Counted from the stretch's first letter, positions 27,024 to 41,134 are shown. The stretch: DNA of 64,000 nucleotides from Octopus vulgaris (GCA_951406725.2 OX597821.1:11656001-11720000); one strand, 5' to 3'. The notes: generated by a model not told the origin, from the sequence alone. Made by a program: numbers and translations.

Positions 27024-27073
27024 GACAACCTGAGTCAATTTTCGAACCTTATTGGCTTCTCATCAGAGGCGTC
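27024..27073 (-). ncRNA. Solo hammerhead-like motif
   Basis: Reverse complement gacgcct-CTGATGA-gaagcc(aataa)ggttc-GAAA-attgac-TC-aggttgtc. Core is canonical but helix III is poorly paired. Confidence 0.55.
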
Positions 27074-27622
27074 TACATGATTCTGACAGCCTCCATAAAA
27101 TATATTTCACTTCTTTGGTTCAGTGTAGCTTTTGCTAAAAAATGTTTGACTATTGTTAAAAGAAAAAAAGAACTGGTTAAAAACTACATCCTAATATAAT
27201 TCCACGAACGTTTTATCACATAATAAGTAGAATAAAACCACTTAAGTTTTAGAATTCTCAAGTTTGAATATAAATAATATGATGCCAATAGGAATTCGAA
27301 CACGTGAATAAGACGTTAACTAATTTCCACTCTACCGTTGTCCAACACTACAATAAATAAAACATTCATACAAGAGTGACAATATCGTTGGGAAAATTAT
27401 TGTTCCTGCAAGCAGAATCCTTAAAGCAGCGGAGAAACTATGTTATGTTATTTTTGCGGCTCTGTAAGTTCTGAGTTCCAATCTCTGCAAGGTCAATCTT
27501 ATTTTCATCCTTTTTGGATTGGTAAAATAAGTCCTAGCCAATTACTGGAGTTCATAGTATAGACTAACGATCCAGATAAATAATGATAATGATCACGAAG
27601 TCGTGGTGGTAGTGCGGTTGAC

Positions 27623-27655
<33 letters not shown>

Positions 27656-27994
27656 GATGATTGTGATGATGATGAGGATAAGGAGAGAAGAAGAAGAAGT
27701 AGGAGGAAGAGGATGGTCGTGGTTGTAGTGATGAAGTATAATACTCAGAGTGATGGAGACAAACACAAAACGAGAGACCGTGACACACTTTTTTGTAAAA
27801 AAGTACTTTTTACCTGAAAATGAAACCAAAACCTCAATAGGAATCTATGACACTGCAGCTGACAATACCATAATTGCTCGAAGCATCTAGGAATACATTA
27901 TAAAATTTGTCTTTCCGGTTATGTTTTTGTTTTGCAAACTTCCCAATGTGAAAGCGTTTTGAAACAGATATTGTTATATGTGTATTAGTTTATT

Positions 27995-28191
27995 CATTTA
28001 TTTGTTTCACTAACTTGACTGCAGCCATGCTGGACCACTATCTTTAGTCGAACAATTTGACCACAGGGCTTATTCTTTGTAAGCCTAATACTTATTCCAT
28101 AGGTTCTTTTGCCGAACCGCTACGTTACGTGGATATAAACACACCAGCATCGGTTGTCAAGAGATGGTGGGTGGGACAAGCACAAACACAG

Positions 28192-28236
<45 letters not shown>

Positions 28237-28396
28237 CGATGGGCTTCTTTTTGTTTCCTTCAACCAAATCCACCCACAAGGCTTTGGTCAACCCGAGGCT
28301 ATAGTAGAAGACACTTGCCCAAGTTGCACTCAGCGGGACTGAACCCGGAACCATTTGGTTGGGAAGGAAGCTTCTTACCACAGCCACGCCTGCACC
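27995..28396 (-). mobile_element. SINE family A (diverged)
   Basis: Similar to other copies. Confidence 0.85.
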
Positions 28397-28724
28397 TCAT
28401 TTTTTTTATTTGGTCATTTTAAAATGTTATTTTATTTTTTGCCAGTTAACCAGATGCACTGTAATAATAATAAAGCGGAAGTGAAAAACGAGTCGATAGT
28501 GTGTTGCTTAATTTGCAAAAAAAAAAATAAGAGACAAAAAGAAAAAAAATGACCATCACCGAATATAACAAGAAATTCGTCTTTCGTTTCTTGTTTTTAA
28601 CACGGTAGAGTAGGGGTCGGCGAACTGGGGTAAAAATGAAATTCTTGAGGGTAATGAAGACTCATTAGACATAAGTAAAATTATATAGAAAACGTGTTCC
28701 GTGTTACAACAGAATTCTTTTTCG

Positions 28725-28888
28725 GGCTTCGTCTGTCTTTACGTTTTGAGTTCAAATTCCGCCGAGACCGACTTTGCCTTTAATCCTTCCGGGGTCGATG
28801 AATTAAGTACCACTTGCGTACTGGGGTGGATCTAATCGACTGGTTCTCTCCCACCAAATTTCGGGGCTTGTGCCTAGAGTAGAAAAGA
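28725..28888 (+). mobile_element. SINE family B, 5'-truncated
   Basis: gagttcaaattccgccgag...gggcttgtgcctagagtagaaaaga. Confidence 0.8.
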
Positions 28889-29615
28889 TTTTTTTTTCTG
28901 GTAACACTGCATCAGTCCAGTGCAATGGACGTTTAAACAGATTGAATAAAACTTTTGAATTCAAAAAGCCTTTGATTTTCTTCCTTTCAAATAACGTCGG
29001 CATAAATATATTTTAGATTAATTGGCAAGAAAGGACCCTAACTCAATTGGTAGAGTTTGTTTGGCGGCTATTTCTAAAGAATAAAAGAAACGAACGACTT
29101 AAACGTTAGTAGAACGAAGGTTTTAAGCAAAGAGAGACAACTTCAAATCAGAACAGTATCATACTTACGATGAGATTAGAACTTATGCTAACCGTTCGAC
29201 TGTTACAAGTTAAAACGATGCTAGAAATTTACTGAGTATTGACACTCTGCATGAATGGTCTTCAATATCTTCGGTATCAAATCATTTTACACTTGAATTT
29301 ATTTTCTGAATGACTCCAGGTTTTTCAAAGGCTTTTCTCTACAACTAATTTAGAACTCGGCCATTCTCGTAGATACTACTTGTGCTGAGATGATGAATCT
29401 ATGCTCGGCAATTAGGAGATAGTTGCTCTACGCGGTCTCTCAACTTGCAGTACACATGACAGCCAAATCATTTTAAAACCAAATCCCTTTATATTTACTA
29501 AAAAAAATTCAAAAACAGAAAAAGAAACGAAATAAAGCACACTCTCAATACACTGTGTAAAAAAGAAGACAAAAGAGCACAAACTTCCACCATGGCAACC
29601 CCAACGTCCCAATGT

Positions 29616-31134
29616 TTTATTACCCGCCAGGGGCGAACAAAGAGGGAATAATACGTAACATGTTGGGACACACAACAAGAAAAATATAGGACAAACGTAT
29701 GAAAAAAATGAATGAAGAAGTGAAAAAAATGATAGAAATGGAATGAAGCTACTCGGCCTCACCCCCGAGCAGCCTCGTTTATACCTCTCCTCTTTTAAAC
29801 CCAGTTTCTTAAAAAATGTCTGTTTTATAATTTTTCAAAATATCCGTGTAATCAATAATTAATGGCATCTCATCTCTGTCCAAGTTTACTTCTCAAAACC
29901 CATACCCATAATCAAATCTTTCTAATATTTCTGCTTGTTCTTTGGTTAATATCACACAACTGTGCTACCCCTTCACATTATCACGTCCCTCTGTCTCAAC
30001 GCTTTTTACGTCTTTCCATGAAGCTATCTCCTGGTTTAAGTCTTCATTTATGTTATAAATCATACTCATAAAACTTTTTTCTCTTTAGCTGGAGGAGAGG
30101 AAGTTTGGGGCCTTGTGTGCATGTGTCTTTCTTTTTGTTTTTGCCGGAGGGGAATGGGTAGACTTGGTGTCTGTGGGGGAGGGGGGCTGAGTGGACGTGA
30201 GTGGGGTAGGTTTGGGCTTGGGTTTTAAGCCCGTATCACTTGCCTTTTTTTTCCTTTTCTTCTGTTTCCTCCACTCACCGTCTTCCACGTTTCCTCCCTT
30301 TTCTCCATTTTTTCCTCTTTCCTCCACCGGTTCTTCTATTTCCTTCTCTTGTTCTTCCGTTGTCTTTTTGGTCGGTGAAGGGCAGTCCACTCTAATGTGG
30401 CCTTGTAGACCACATTTGTAACATCGAGGGATTCTGCTCTCCATTACCACCTCGTCCATCGTAATGATCTCCGTCATCCCTTCCAACGTTACCGCCTACC
30501 CTTAAATTATCCTTTCCAGTGCTTGCTCCTTTCACATTTCGCATTATGTTCTAGTGGCCTGGAACACTGTTTTATCGTCCTCATTTTCCATGAGGACCGC
30601 GGCTGCTATCTAGGCTAAGTCTAACTGTAGCGGTATTCCTTCTACTCTTACCCTGTTGCACGTCGTCCAAGGTACGTGGGTAGAAGTACTATTTCTTCGT
30701 TTTTGACGCTTTCTCCTGCTTGCCTTTTTGTTGTTGCCTTGGCTTTCATCCTCACTTTCACCGTACCAAATTTGTTTCCTCTTGCTAGGTATGTAATTTC
30801 ATGACAAATTGGCCTAAGCGCTTTCTCAATTTGGCTTGCAGTCATAATGTCTATTTTTCCTGCTTTAACCGAATAAGTCTTGAACGTAATGGTTCATTCC
30901 CTTGTGTCACTCAGCGTTTCCTACGGGTGGTGGGGCCAAGCCCACATTATACCCGTCCCTACTTAGCAATCCTTTAAAACTTTCAATTTCCTTCATATCA
31001 ATTTCATTTTCTTGGCGTTTTGCCACATCCGCAAATTTTCTTTCCTTTTCAATGTTGCTGTCTATCTTCCCAATAGTTCTCAACAATTCATCTTCAGAAG
31101 ATGACAACTCAATAAAGCTGACGGTCCGAATAGA

Positions 31135-31165
<31 letters not shown>

Positions 31166-31492
31166 CTTCTTCTTCTTCTTCTTCTTCTTCTTCTTCTTCT
31201 TCTTCTTCACTTTCTTCTTCTTCTTCTTCTTCTTTATTTCATTTGTTCTTTCCATTTTCTTCCCTTCACTTTTCTTTTCATCTTGTTGTTGTTGTTGTTG
31301 TTCTTCTTCTTCTTCTTCTTCTTCTTCTTCTTCTTCTTCTTCTTCTCCATTAGGCCAACTCTCCTCATATGAGGAGGGAAACCACAAATACACTGGAGCT
31401 AAGACAATTAACAAATTTGCTTAAAAAACACTGACAAAAAAATTAAACACTGTCAAAATAACGTACTTACAATACGCACTTACAACGACGTC
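29616..31492 (-). mobile_element. ORF1/Gag-like-only (HAL1-like) degenerate retroelement
   Basis: Fragmented minus-strand ORF with LLPTYLGRRAT and CCHC knuckle RCYKCGLQGHIRVDCP, then a Lys/Glu/Pro-rich region and a Tx1-type 3' tail with AATAAA. No RT motif. Confidence 0.65.
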
Positions 31493-31499
31493 TTAATCA

Positions 31500-31830
31500 T
31501 TTTATTATCCACCAAGGGGCAAACATAGAGGGGACAATACATTACAAGTGGGGACAGAAAACAGGAAAAAGGATAGGACAACATATGAGAAACATGAAGT
31601 GACAAATGAAATGAAAAAATGTATTGAAGCTTCTTCATTTATACCTTTAACGCCTTTTGTACCCTGTTCCCTCCAAAACAACTATTCCATACTCTTCCAA
31701 CAGCTTCTCATAAGTCACCCACTCTGGCTGTGTATTCCTATCTAGTTACGCTTCCCACATGCTATATCCACTTTTATATTTTAATAATTTCTTTCTTGGT
31801 GTTCGTTTGAAGACTAACATAAACTGTTTT
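31500..31830 (-). mobile_element. 3' fragment of a related element
   Basis: tttattatccaccaaggggcaaacatagaggggacaatacattac...ataggacaacatatgagaaa parallels 29616-29750. Confidence 0.6.
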
Positions 31831-31845
31831 TGCTGCTTTGTGGCA

Positions 31846-32002
31846 ATCGATCCCAAAATGTAATCAGTTCCGCCGGTGACGAGGCCAAACATCCATGAAA
31901 GTTTCATCTTAGTCCATCCAGCGTTCTTGAGATATCGTGTTCACGGACAAACAAACACGACTGAAAGCAATACGTCGGCCTTTGCTGAGGTGGAGGTTAA
32001 TA
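31846..32002 (+). mobile_element. Helitron/Helentron-like non-autonomous end fragment
   Basis: aaagtttcat...atccagcgttcttgagatatcgtgttcacggacaaacaaac followed by a degenerate terminal hairpin. Confidence 0.45.
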
Positions 32003-33148
32003 AGCACGTTTGCAATGTCTTTCATTGTATGTATGTTTGATTGTATGTCTGATTGACTTGTGGTTCAACAACTACACCAGGGACATAAGCAATCACAACC
32101 ACCGTTAATAAATTAGGTTTTATATGGTCAGTTGCCCTATTAGAGATAGTAGTTAAATGACCCCTAATCATAGAATGGACTTCTTGAAAGGAGCAGCTTG
32201 GTTATACTGATTCCAAATCAACCTGGAGTTAAACAGTAGCAATACAAACAACAATAAGAAAACAACAACTAGAGCAATAACAACAAACGCAGGAATAATA
32301 AATGATTGAACAGAAACCGCCGGGGGAGATTTTAACAAATGGATTCAGGCTTGATTTTTAAGGATTTGTCCATTTATTTATTTATTTATTTATACATTAT
32401 TTATTTATTTGCTCCTTTCTTCACATATTTATTCCCATCACCTAAGTTACTTTAGAAGCATTTGACTCAACATACTGTGTAATCTCTCGGTGGATTAGCG
32501 GCAATGAAATACGATTCGACATTCAGAGAACGACATGCACGGCTTAAAAATCGATCTCATCATCTATTCGTAGCGACAAGCCGGAGCTATGTACAAAAAG
32601 TATGATCCCGTAAGTCAAGGGACTGTGTGTTCGTAAGTTCTTACGAACACACAGTATACAACACAGTATTCACAGAATACAACTGGATACACGTAGGCAC
32701 GCGCACACACACATACACATACACACACATACACATACACACACATATGTGAGTACGTATGAATGTATACATTCATGGATGAAGATGGCAATGAAATAAA
32801 CTTTTCAGAGTATAAGAAGATATTTTATCCCACAAAAGAATTAGCAATGAACCGAAGGAATATGAGAAAAGCTAAAATAATTATGTGATAAATAAAATGA
32901 AATATGGTAAAATATAATAAAATACAGCAAAATTAAAATATTCAGTAGTTACACAAATTCAGTTTTCACATATCAAATATAGATGGCGGAAATCGAATCA
33001 TCACTCGATATAGAAACATCGTTATATATAGACACTCGTATGTATGTATGTATGTATGTATGTATGTATGTATGTATGTATGTATGTATGAATACATACA
33101 TACGTATAGAAACGTACGTGTGTACATACATACATACGTACATACATA

Positions 33149-33562
33149 AAGAAATACTGGTGGAATGTACCAGTGAAGACCTCAATAAAATGTAAGCAAA
33201 ACAGACCGTGCTGCCCAGCAGATCTTACATAGAGCTGAAGATCGGTGAAAAAGAGAATACCATTGCTGAACTATAGAGAAATCTGCAGATAATCTGGATA
33301 GATCCAGATTACAAGTTCAGGTTTATACCTGTAATTATTGGGGCCCTGTGATATGTAACACACTGCCTAAATACTAATCTTGAAAAATTAGGCTTCTCAA
33401 AACCAGAAAGGAGAAAGCTAATTCGAAGACTACAGATTCAATTCATCACTGGAACTGTAAAAATCTGTGAAACTTCCCAGAAGTTTATCATTTATATATA
33501 TATGAGCATATCTAGATATGTAACTATATGCTTGAGAATACATAAAACATACAAATCTGCAC
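33149..33562 (+). mobile_element. Second RLE-clade non-LTR 3' fragment, inserted in (CATA)n
   Basis: Manual translation IELKIGEKENTIAEL*RNLQ...YKFRFIPVIIGAL*YVTHCLNTNLEKLGF...RRLQIQFITGTVKIC, with stop codons. Confidence 0.75.
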
Positions 33563-33755
33563 ATACATACATACATACATACATACATGCATACATACAT
33601 GCATACATATGTGTGTGTGTGTATGTGTGTATGTATGTGTGTATGTGTGTAGATACTCTATACGTTTGTAGAGGATAGATTATTATTCATAAACACCAAT
33701 ATTATTGATAATAACAATTTCAACAATATTCTCGTTTAAAAAGTATATACACACA

Positions 33756-33834
<79 letters not shown>

Positions 33835-34653
33835 GCATACATATACACATACACACGCAACTACCACTCTAGATATAAATACACTGAAGTAAGAACGAAC
33901 GGCGAAGAGGCAAAATTCCACAAAGACTTCTGGAACGAATATCATTTCCAAACGGTCTGTGTGGCGATTCCATGTTCAATGAGTCATATCAAGTATCGGA
34001 GAGAATAGGAACCGAAAACAGAAACATTAGTAACATCTAGGAAGAAACATTGAAAACCTCCTCGACATTGACAAAACACAGAGAATTCGAGATATATGTA
34101 TTTCAGTGTATGTATTGCATTTCATTGTATGTATGTATTTATGATTTTATGTATGTATGTATGTATGTATGTATGTATGTATGTACGTATGTATGTATGT
34201 ACGTATGTATGTACGTATGTATGTATGTTTGTATGTATGTATGTATGTATGTATGTATGTATGTATGTATGTATGTATGCGTGTGTGTGTGTGTTTGTAT
34301 GTGTGTGTGTGTGTGTGTGCGCATGAGTTTATATCAGTGGATGTATCTTTAAACGTGTATTGCATTGATTCTGCTTCGTATGAGGTTTTATATTATTGAT
34401 GTGATGTCGAAATTAATGCCTATGTGAATGTGTGTGTATATGTGTGTACGTGTGTGTGTGTATGCGTGTGTATTCGATGTGCTTTAAGTGCTTTTCATGT
34501 AGTCATTGCAATGTATTTATGTGTATACATACGTGTATATGCGTGTTCGTATGAGCGATAGATTGTTGTATGGCGTTGCAAGTAAACACACATATATACA
34601 CACGCACAGCGAGTAAACACACATATGTATACACACACACACACGTACACACG

Positions 34654-34685
<32 letters not shown>

Positions 34686-35263
34686 CACTCACACACATCC
34701 ACACATCCACATAAACACACGCATTACTATGCACATACGTGCAAACTAATGCAAGCACACACGCAGAGATACATTTACAAGTATGTATAAATATAAACAA
34801 TGGCGTTCAGCGTTGGTTCAATGTTTATGGGAATTTGTCGAGAACGTATGTGTGTGTATTTGTGTTGTGGGCGCACTTATATATATATATATACATACAT
34901 TATATGTATGCGTAAGCGCGTGTGTGTGTGTGTGTATACATGTATGTGTGTGTCTGTGTTTTGTGTTTGTGTATGCATTTTATCTAAGAGTGGTATTTTT
35001 GTATCGCCAAACAAACCAAATCGTAAAAGTTCTTCAAAACCGAAATGAAACAAAAGAAAGACAAAGAAGGGGAATTCATTCCAAAAACAAAAGAGAATGG
35101 TGATTGGTCCTTTTAGAATGTTAAAAGGTTCCGATATAAATTTATGGTTTCTCTATTATTCCGTTCTTTGTTGATGTGGCTGGTCTACTCCTTCTGTTAA
35201 ATATATAGTAGAATCACAGGCACACACATGCATGAACATATAAAATTTATATATTTATATATG

Positions 35264-35294
<31 letters not shown>

Positions 35295-35316
35295 GTATAT
35301 ATATATATATACATGC

Positions 35317-35373
<57 letters not shown>

Positions 35374-35375
35374 CG

Positions 35376-35417
<42 letters not shown>

Positions 35418-35610
35418 AGTACGTATGTACATATATTTAGTATATATATATTGTATTTATGTTTGTGTGTGTATATATGTATATATACGTATATATATAT
35501 ATTTATATATATCTATATATATATATTATATATGAATGTATATGTATATGCATGTATATTTGTATTTATCAGTCTATCTTCCTATGTATGTATGTGTGTG
35601 TTTGTGTTTG

Positions 35611-35643
<33 letters not shown>

Positions 35644-35999
35644 TCATATTGATATGGAGTAGGCTATGTACGAATAGCTTGACATGTATAAAGTTCACAC
35701 CATCACTATGCGCGCATATACTCGCACAACTATACGTTATCACTTAGTAGAGGTACACAAACAGACAAACGCAGTCAAGCTCACACACAAACTACCAAAT
35801 TGAATAAACTGCAGATACACACATGGCCATGTACAAGCACACAGATTTGTACACACATGGATAATACTCACATGTAGCTACGCATGTACACAGGAATACA
35901 TACAAAATACATGGATGCATAGTAATATCTAGATGGAAACGCTTTAAATAGAAAGGCATAGAAAATAAATATAAGACTACCAACCCATTTATCTATCTT

Positions 36000-36074
<75 letters not shown>

Positions 36075-36196
36075 GTCTATCTATCTGTCTATTTTCATTA
36101 CTCACTTTCTGCGTGTATGTATGTATGTATGTATGTATGTATGTATGTATGTATGTATGTATGTATGTATGTATGTATATATATATATACATACAT

Positions 36197-36228
<32 letters not shown>

Positions 36229-36340
36229 GTAGGTAGATAGATAGGTAGATAAATATGTAGAGAGACAGATTGATTGAGAAATAGTTAGGTAGATATAAAT
36301 ATATGTATACACATATACATATATGTATATATATATATAT

Positions 36341-36381
<41 letters not shown>

Positions 36382-37979
36382 ATAAATGCACTCACACACA
36401 CACATACACATATATGTCATATATATGAGTGTGTGTATGTGTGAGTGTATATATATACATACACACACTCACATATGCACACATAAATACATAGACACAT
36501 ATTTATTCGCAGATACTTAGAATATGTGATATAGGCTCTAGAAACACTCTCAGAGAACCGTAAACGCTCGACATACGCAAAGGAGCGCACAGATACACTC
36601 ATAGAAGAAACCGCATACACAATATTTTCACGAGTACTCGCACTTACATATATATGCATAAGAGTACACACATAGAGTGTTTATACATAGCCATGCATAT
36701 ACGCATTGATTAATACAGAGAAATACAAACATACGTATCGACTCATACATATATGCAAATGGCCGCATGCAAATCTTGGTAGATACCCAAAAAAATCTTA
36801 CGCATATATACAAATTCAAATGTACTCATACAATATACTATGTGCATAAAATACAAACATACACACTTAATTATGGACACATAAACATAGAAACGTCTGT
36901 GCACATAAAATTTACACATATGAACGAAAGCGCACATAACGTACTTAGTGCACATGCACGCATAGAATGAGTAACCAACATGCATTCATAACAGTTATAC
37001 GCAGATCTATGCATAGATATACATACAGAGGTAATAAAGTATACATGCGCATATCTGGAGAGCTGAGAAACGGGCGGTGAAACACATTTATCAAGATAGT
37101 TCTCTTTATTTATCCATTGCCGAATGATTCACTTCCGGTGTTTTTGGACAATGGAAGTAGGCTCTAGTCAAAGCTTAGGAATCGTAGTTGTGCAAACGTA
37201 ACAGTAGGTGAGTTATTGGGCTGGTGGTTGGAGAACGGGTATTCGAGCTGCTGAAATCTATGGTGTTAAATCAAAATAAGTCAATGGAGTAAGCTCTCTG
37301 ATGTTCGCAAAATGTGTAGAAAGAAGCGTCTGGCGCCAGAAATAAACATATAAATAAATAAATATTATAAGAAGAATAATGAAACAAACATCTGACGGAA
37401 AATTATAAATAATGTAATATAGTGGAATCAGAGCCACATATAATATACTTATCCGCTAATGTAGGGGATATATTTGTAGACAATATAAATAATATATTAC
37501 TGGTGCGTTAACATTGCTTTGTTAAGCGTGGCTGACCCTCACTGTTTCTTTCCTTCTCATTTGCTTCTTTCTTTACTCTCTCCCCTCTCTATCTGTCTGC
37601 TCCCCTCTCTCTCTCACTTGGCCCACGAAAATATTGCATAGAAGTATAAGTTATTTACATCTTTCTATAGATACATAGGGTTCTCTATAAATCTATAGTT
37701 CTAGTTTTATAATATAGATGGCATTAAATCAAAACATTGTTAAAGTACTACGAATACATTAATCAAACTAATTCTGAAGAATGCGTCATATATGCAAATC
37801 GGGCTATCGGGTTACTAAGCACTCTGTTGTCGAGGCTTCACCAGCAATGTTTCTGTGGACAGTAAAAGAGTATGCTCAGTTGTTGATCACATCCAAAAAT
37901 TGGACTGAAATGAGTTTGACTAATTCTTCTTTTACTGTTGAAGAAATTATATACGACACAAAGGTCAGATGTTCACACC

Positions 37980-38063
<84 letters not shown>

Positions 38064-38329
38064 TTATCTATCTTTCTATCTATTCATCTGTATCGATGTA
38101 TATTTACATAGTTATATATATATATATGTTCACAAACGTGTACATATGTATATACATATACATACTTTTATATATATGTGTGTATATATATATATATGTA
38201 TATACGTATATATATATTCATGCATATACATATATATATACACATATACATATATATATATATACACACACGCACAAAACATACATATATACATATGTGT
38301 GTGTGTGTGTGTAATTGTATATAGTTGAA

Positions 38330-38520
38330 ATTTACAGATAAGCGAAAGACGAAGACAGGAGTATGAACAACAAGCAGGTGTATTTGTTTCACTCTAGGGA
38401 AAGTGGGAAGGTATTTTACGTATCGAGTCTACGATCTTCAACTGAAAGAAATACGAGAAAATAAACAGAGATGCTAAGAGAATTTGCAGATTTAGCGGTC
38501 AAGCATGATGACTAGTTGGG
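38330..38520 (-). repeat. Short PLE-terminal-like repeat family C (degenerate copy)
   Basis: aaagacgaagacagg...caggtgtatt, also at ~13909-14010, 40950-41035, 59468-59640 and 60990-61131. Confidence 0.7.
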
Positions 38521-39014
38521 AAAACAAAGTTTTGACAGAAGAGGAGCTAATATATATTTATATCAGTCTATTATGTATAATAACGGTTAAAACTTAAGAA
38601 TATGTTCTGTAGTACAATGCATGACGAAGCGTAGATATGCCTGTAAGATTAATAATCAGGTCTGTTTATAATTCGAACTCTAAGTTGATTAATAATACGT
38701 TAAAAGGAATATAGTAAGATGAAAAACAGTGCGGAAGTCCACTCTCTTTCTGTGTGCAGGTATGTGTGTGTGTGTGTGTATGTGTAGTGCGTGAATGAAA
38801 AATATAATTTCACACAGAAAAAATTGAGTCACTTCAAAGTATCGAGTTACCGGTCTTCGCCAGACTGTTTGAAGTATACAAGCAAACCGAAACTTGGTAG
38901 TCACAGTGAAAATTTTCCTTGCGAAAATTTAATAAGCGTGCACCCTATTAAAAAGAGCTAAGGAATTCTGTTTAATATTAAATTATTCTCATTTAATCTT
39001 AAAAAAGAGGCATT

Positions 39015-39075
<61 letters not shown>

Positions 39076-39203
39076 CTTATAAAATAAGGGCAAAAGAAAA
39101 ATTCTGATGCCAAATATGCCGAAAAAAGACAAAACTGTCAATAACCATTATAATTTATGCGTCCCGAAACAAGCTGATAGAAATTTCTAAAAAAATTCCG
39201 TTA

Positions 39204-39264
39204 TTACCGTATTGGTCCCAATTTCGGTGTTAATTCATAAGAAGTTTTCCCTCCTCAGCGATAA
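39204..39264 (-). ncRNA. Type I hammerhead ribozyme
   Basis: Reverse complement ttatcg-CTGAGGA-gg...cc-GAAA-ttgg(ga)ccaa-TA-cggtaa. Confidence 0.75.
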
Positions 39265-40006
39265 ATACGTAAGACATAAATGTGATACTTACTCATACCC
39301 ATTGAAAAAGCAAGCACTAAGTCCTGAGTGGACCTAAGAACCCTAAATATATCCAAAATAGAAAATCTTCAGCACATCTCGAGGCACGTGCGATTCGAAC
39401 TAGAAACTTTCACAGAGTGAGAGAATCCGAAACTGAACACAATTAAATTTACAACTAATGTAAGATATAATTTTTTTCGGAGAAAAATTTTATCAATGGC
39501 CAGCATATCAAAAAATACCTTTAAAGGTTAAATTTATAAATAACTTATAAAATAATGGCAAAATAAAAATTCTAATGCCAAATATGCCGAAAATAATACG
39601 GTAATAACGGAATTTTTTAGAAATTTCTATCGGCTTGTTTCGAGACGCATAAATTATAAGGGTTATTGACAATTTTGTCTTTTTTCGGCATATTTGGCAT
39701 TAGAATTTTTATTTTGCCATTGTTTTACAAGTTATTTATAAATTTAAATAAGGTATTTTTTGATATGCTGGCCATTGATAAAAATGTTTTTCGAAAAAAA
39801 TGTTATCCTACATTAGTTGTAAATTTAATAGTATTCACTTCCGGATTCTCTCACTCTGTGAAATTTTCTAGTTCGAATCACACGTGTCTCGAGATGTGCT
39901 GAAGATTTTCTATTTTGTATATATGTAGGGTACTTAGGTCTACTCAGGACTTAGTGCTTGCTTTTTCAATGGGTATGAGTAAGTATCACATTTATATCTT
40001 ACGTAT

Positions 40007-40067
40007 TTATCGCTGAGGAGGGGAAAATTCTTATGAGTTAATCCCGAAATTGGGACCAATACGGTAA
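40007..40067 (+). ncRNA. Type I hammerhead ribozyme
   Basis: ttatcg-CTGAGGA-g-ggga-a-aattc(ttat)gagtt-aa-tccc-GAAA-ttgg(ga)ccaa-TA-cggtaa. AUA triplet, cleavage predicted after 40061. Confidence 0.85.
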
Positions 40068-40284
40068 TAACGGAATGTTTTTAGAAATTTCTATCGGCTT
40101 GTTTCGGGACGCATAAATTATAAAGGTTATTGACAATTTTGTCTATTTTCGTCATATTTGGCATTAGAATTTTTCTTTTGTCCTTAATTTATAAGTTATT
40201 TATAAATGTAACCTTTAAAGGTATTTTTTGATATGCTGACCATTGATAAAATATTTTTTCGAAAACTTTTTATCCTACATTTGT

Positions 40285-40329
<45 letters not shown>

Positions 40330-40331
<2 letters not shown>

Positions 40332-40526
40332 AATCACTTGACTGTGGGCATGCTGGAGTACCGCATTTAGTCAAGCAAATCGACACCAGGACTTATTTTT
40401 TGCAAGCTTAGTACTTATTCTTTCGGTATTTTTTGCCTAATCGCTAGGTTACGGGGATGTAAACACACCAGCATCGGCTCTCAAGCGATTTTAGGCGGAC
40501 AAATACAAACATACACACACACACAC

Positions 40527-40586
<60 letters not shown>

Positions 40587-40606
40587 GTGATCAATAACTG
40601 AGCATA

Positions 40607-40661
<55 letters not shown>

Positions 40662-40838
40662 TATACATACATATGTATGACGGGCTTCTATCAGTTACCG
40701 CCTTCAAAATCCACTCACAAGGTTTTGGTCGGCCCGAGGCTATAGTAGAATTCACTTGCTCAAGGTACCATGCAGTGGGTCTGAACCAGGAAGCAACTGG
40801 TTGGTAAGCAAGCTACTTACCTCACGGCCACTCCTGCG
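40330..40838 (-). mobile_element. SINE family A
   Basis: Similar to other copies, with an expanded internal microsatellite. Confidence 0.85.
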
Positions 40839-41085
40839 TCTATCTATCTATCTATCTATCTATACACCCACACACATACATACACACACAAACGCACATA
40901 TATATGTATATGTGTGTGTATGTATATATACATATATATATATAGTGGGAATTTACTAAAAGCAAAAGACGAAGACTGGTGTGTAAACAAGAAACAGATG
41001 TATTAGTTTAACCCTCGGGAAGTGAGAAAGTCTTAAGTACTCACACACACGCACACACACTCACATGCACACATACGCACACACA

Positions 41086-41134
<49 letters not shown>

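Larger units (their letters stand above)
39072..40286. mobile_element. Retrozyme-like element 3: ~465-nt unit, ~1.1 copies (-) joined to ~1.5 copies (+), in (TA)n
   Basis: Unit repeats at 39072/39540. Inversion junction at ~39594, with the + unit at 39599-40061. One HHR per complete unit. Confidence 0.88.

Noticed and set aside
37050-37215. Possible promoter or first exon (acttccggtg ETS-like motif; AG|gtgagt donor)
   Set aside because: Only short motifs are present, and the ATG frame stops before the donor.
37781-37975. Unique-looking ORF start (MRHICKSGY...)
   Set aside because: It has no domain or convincing splice sites and runs into a microsatellite.
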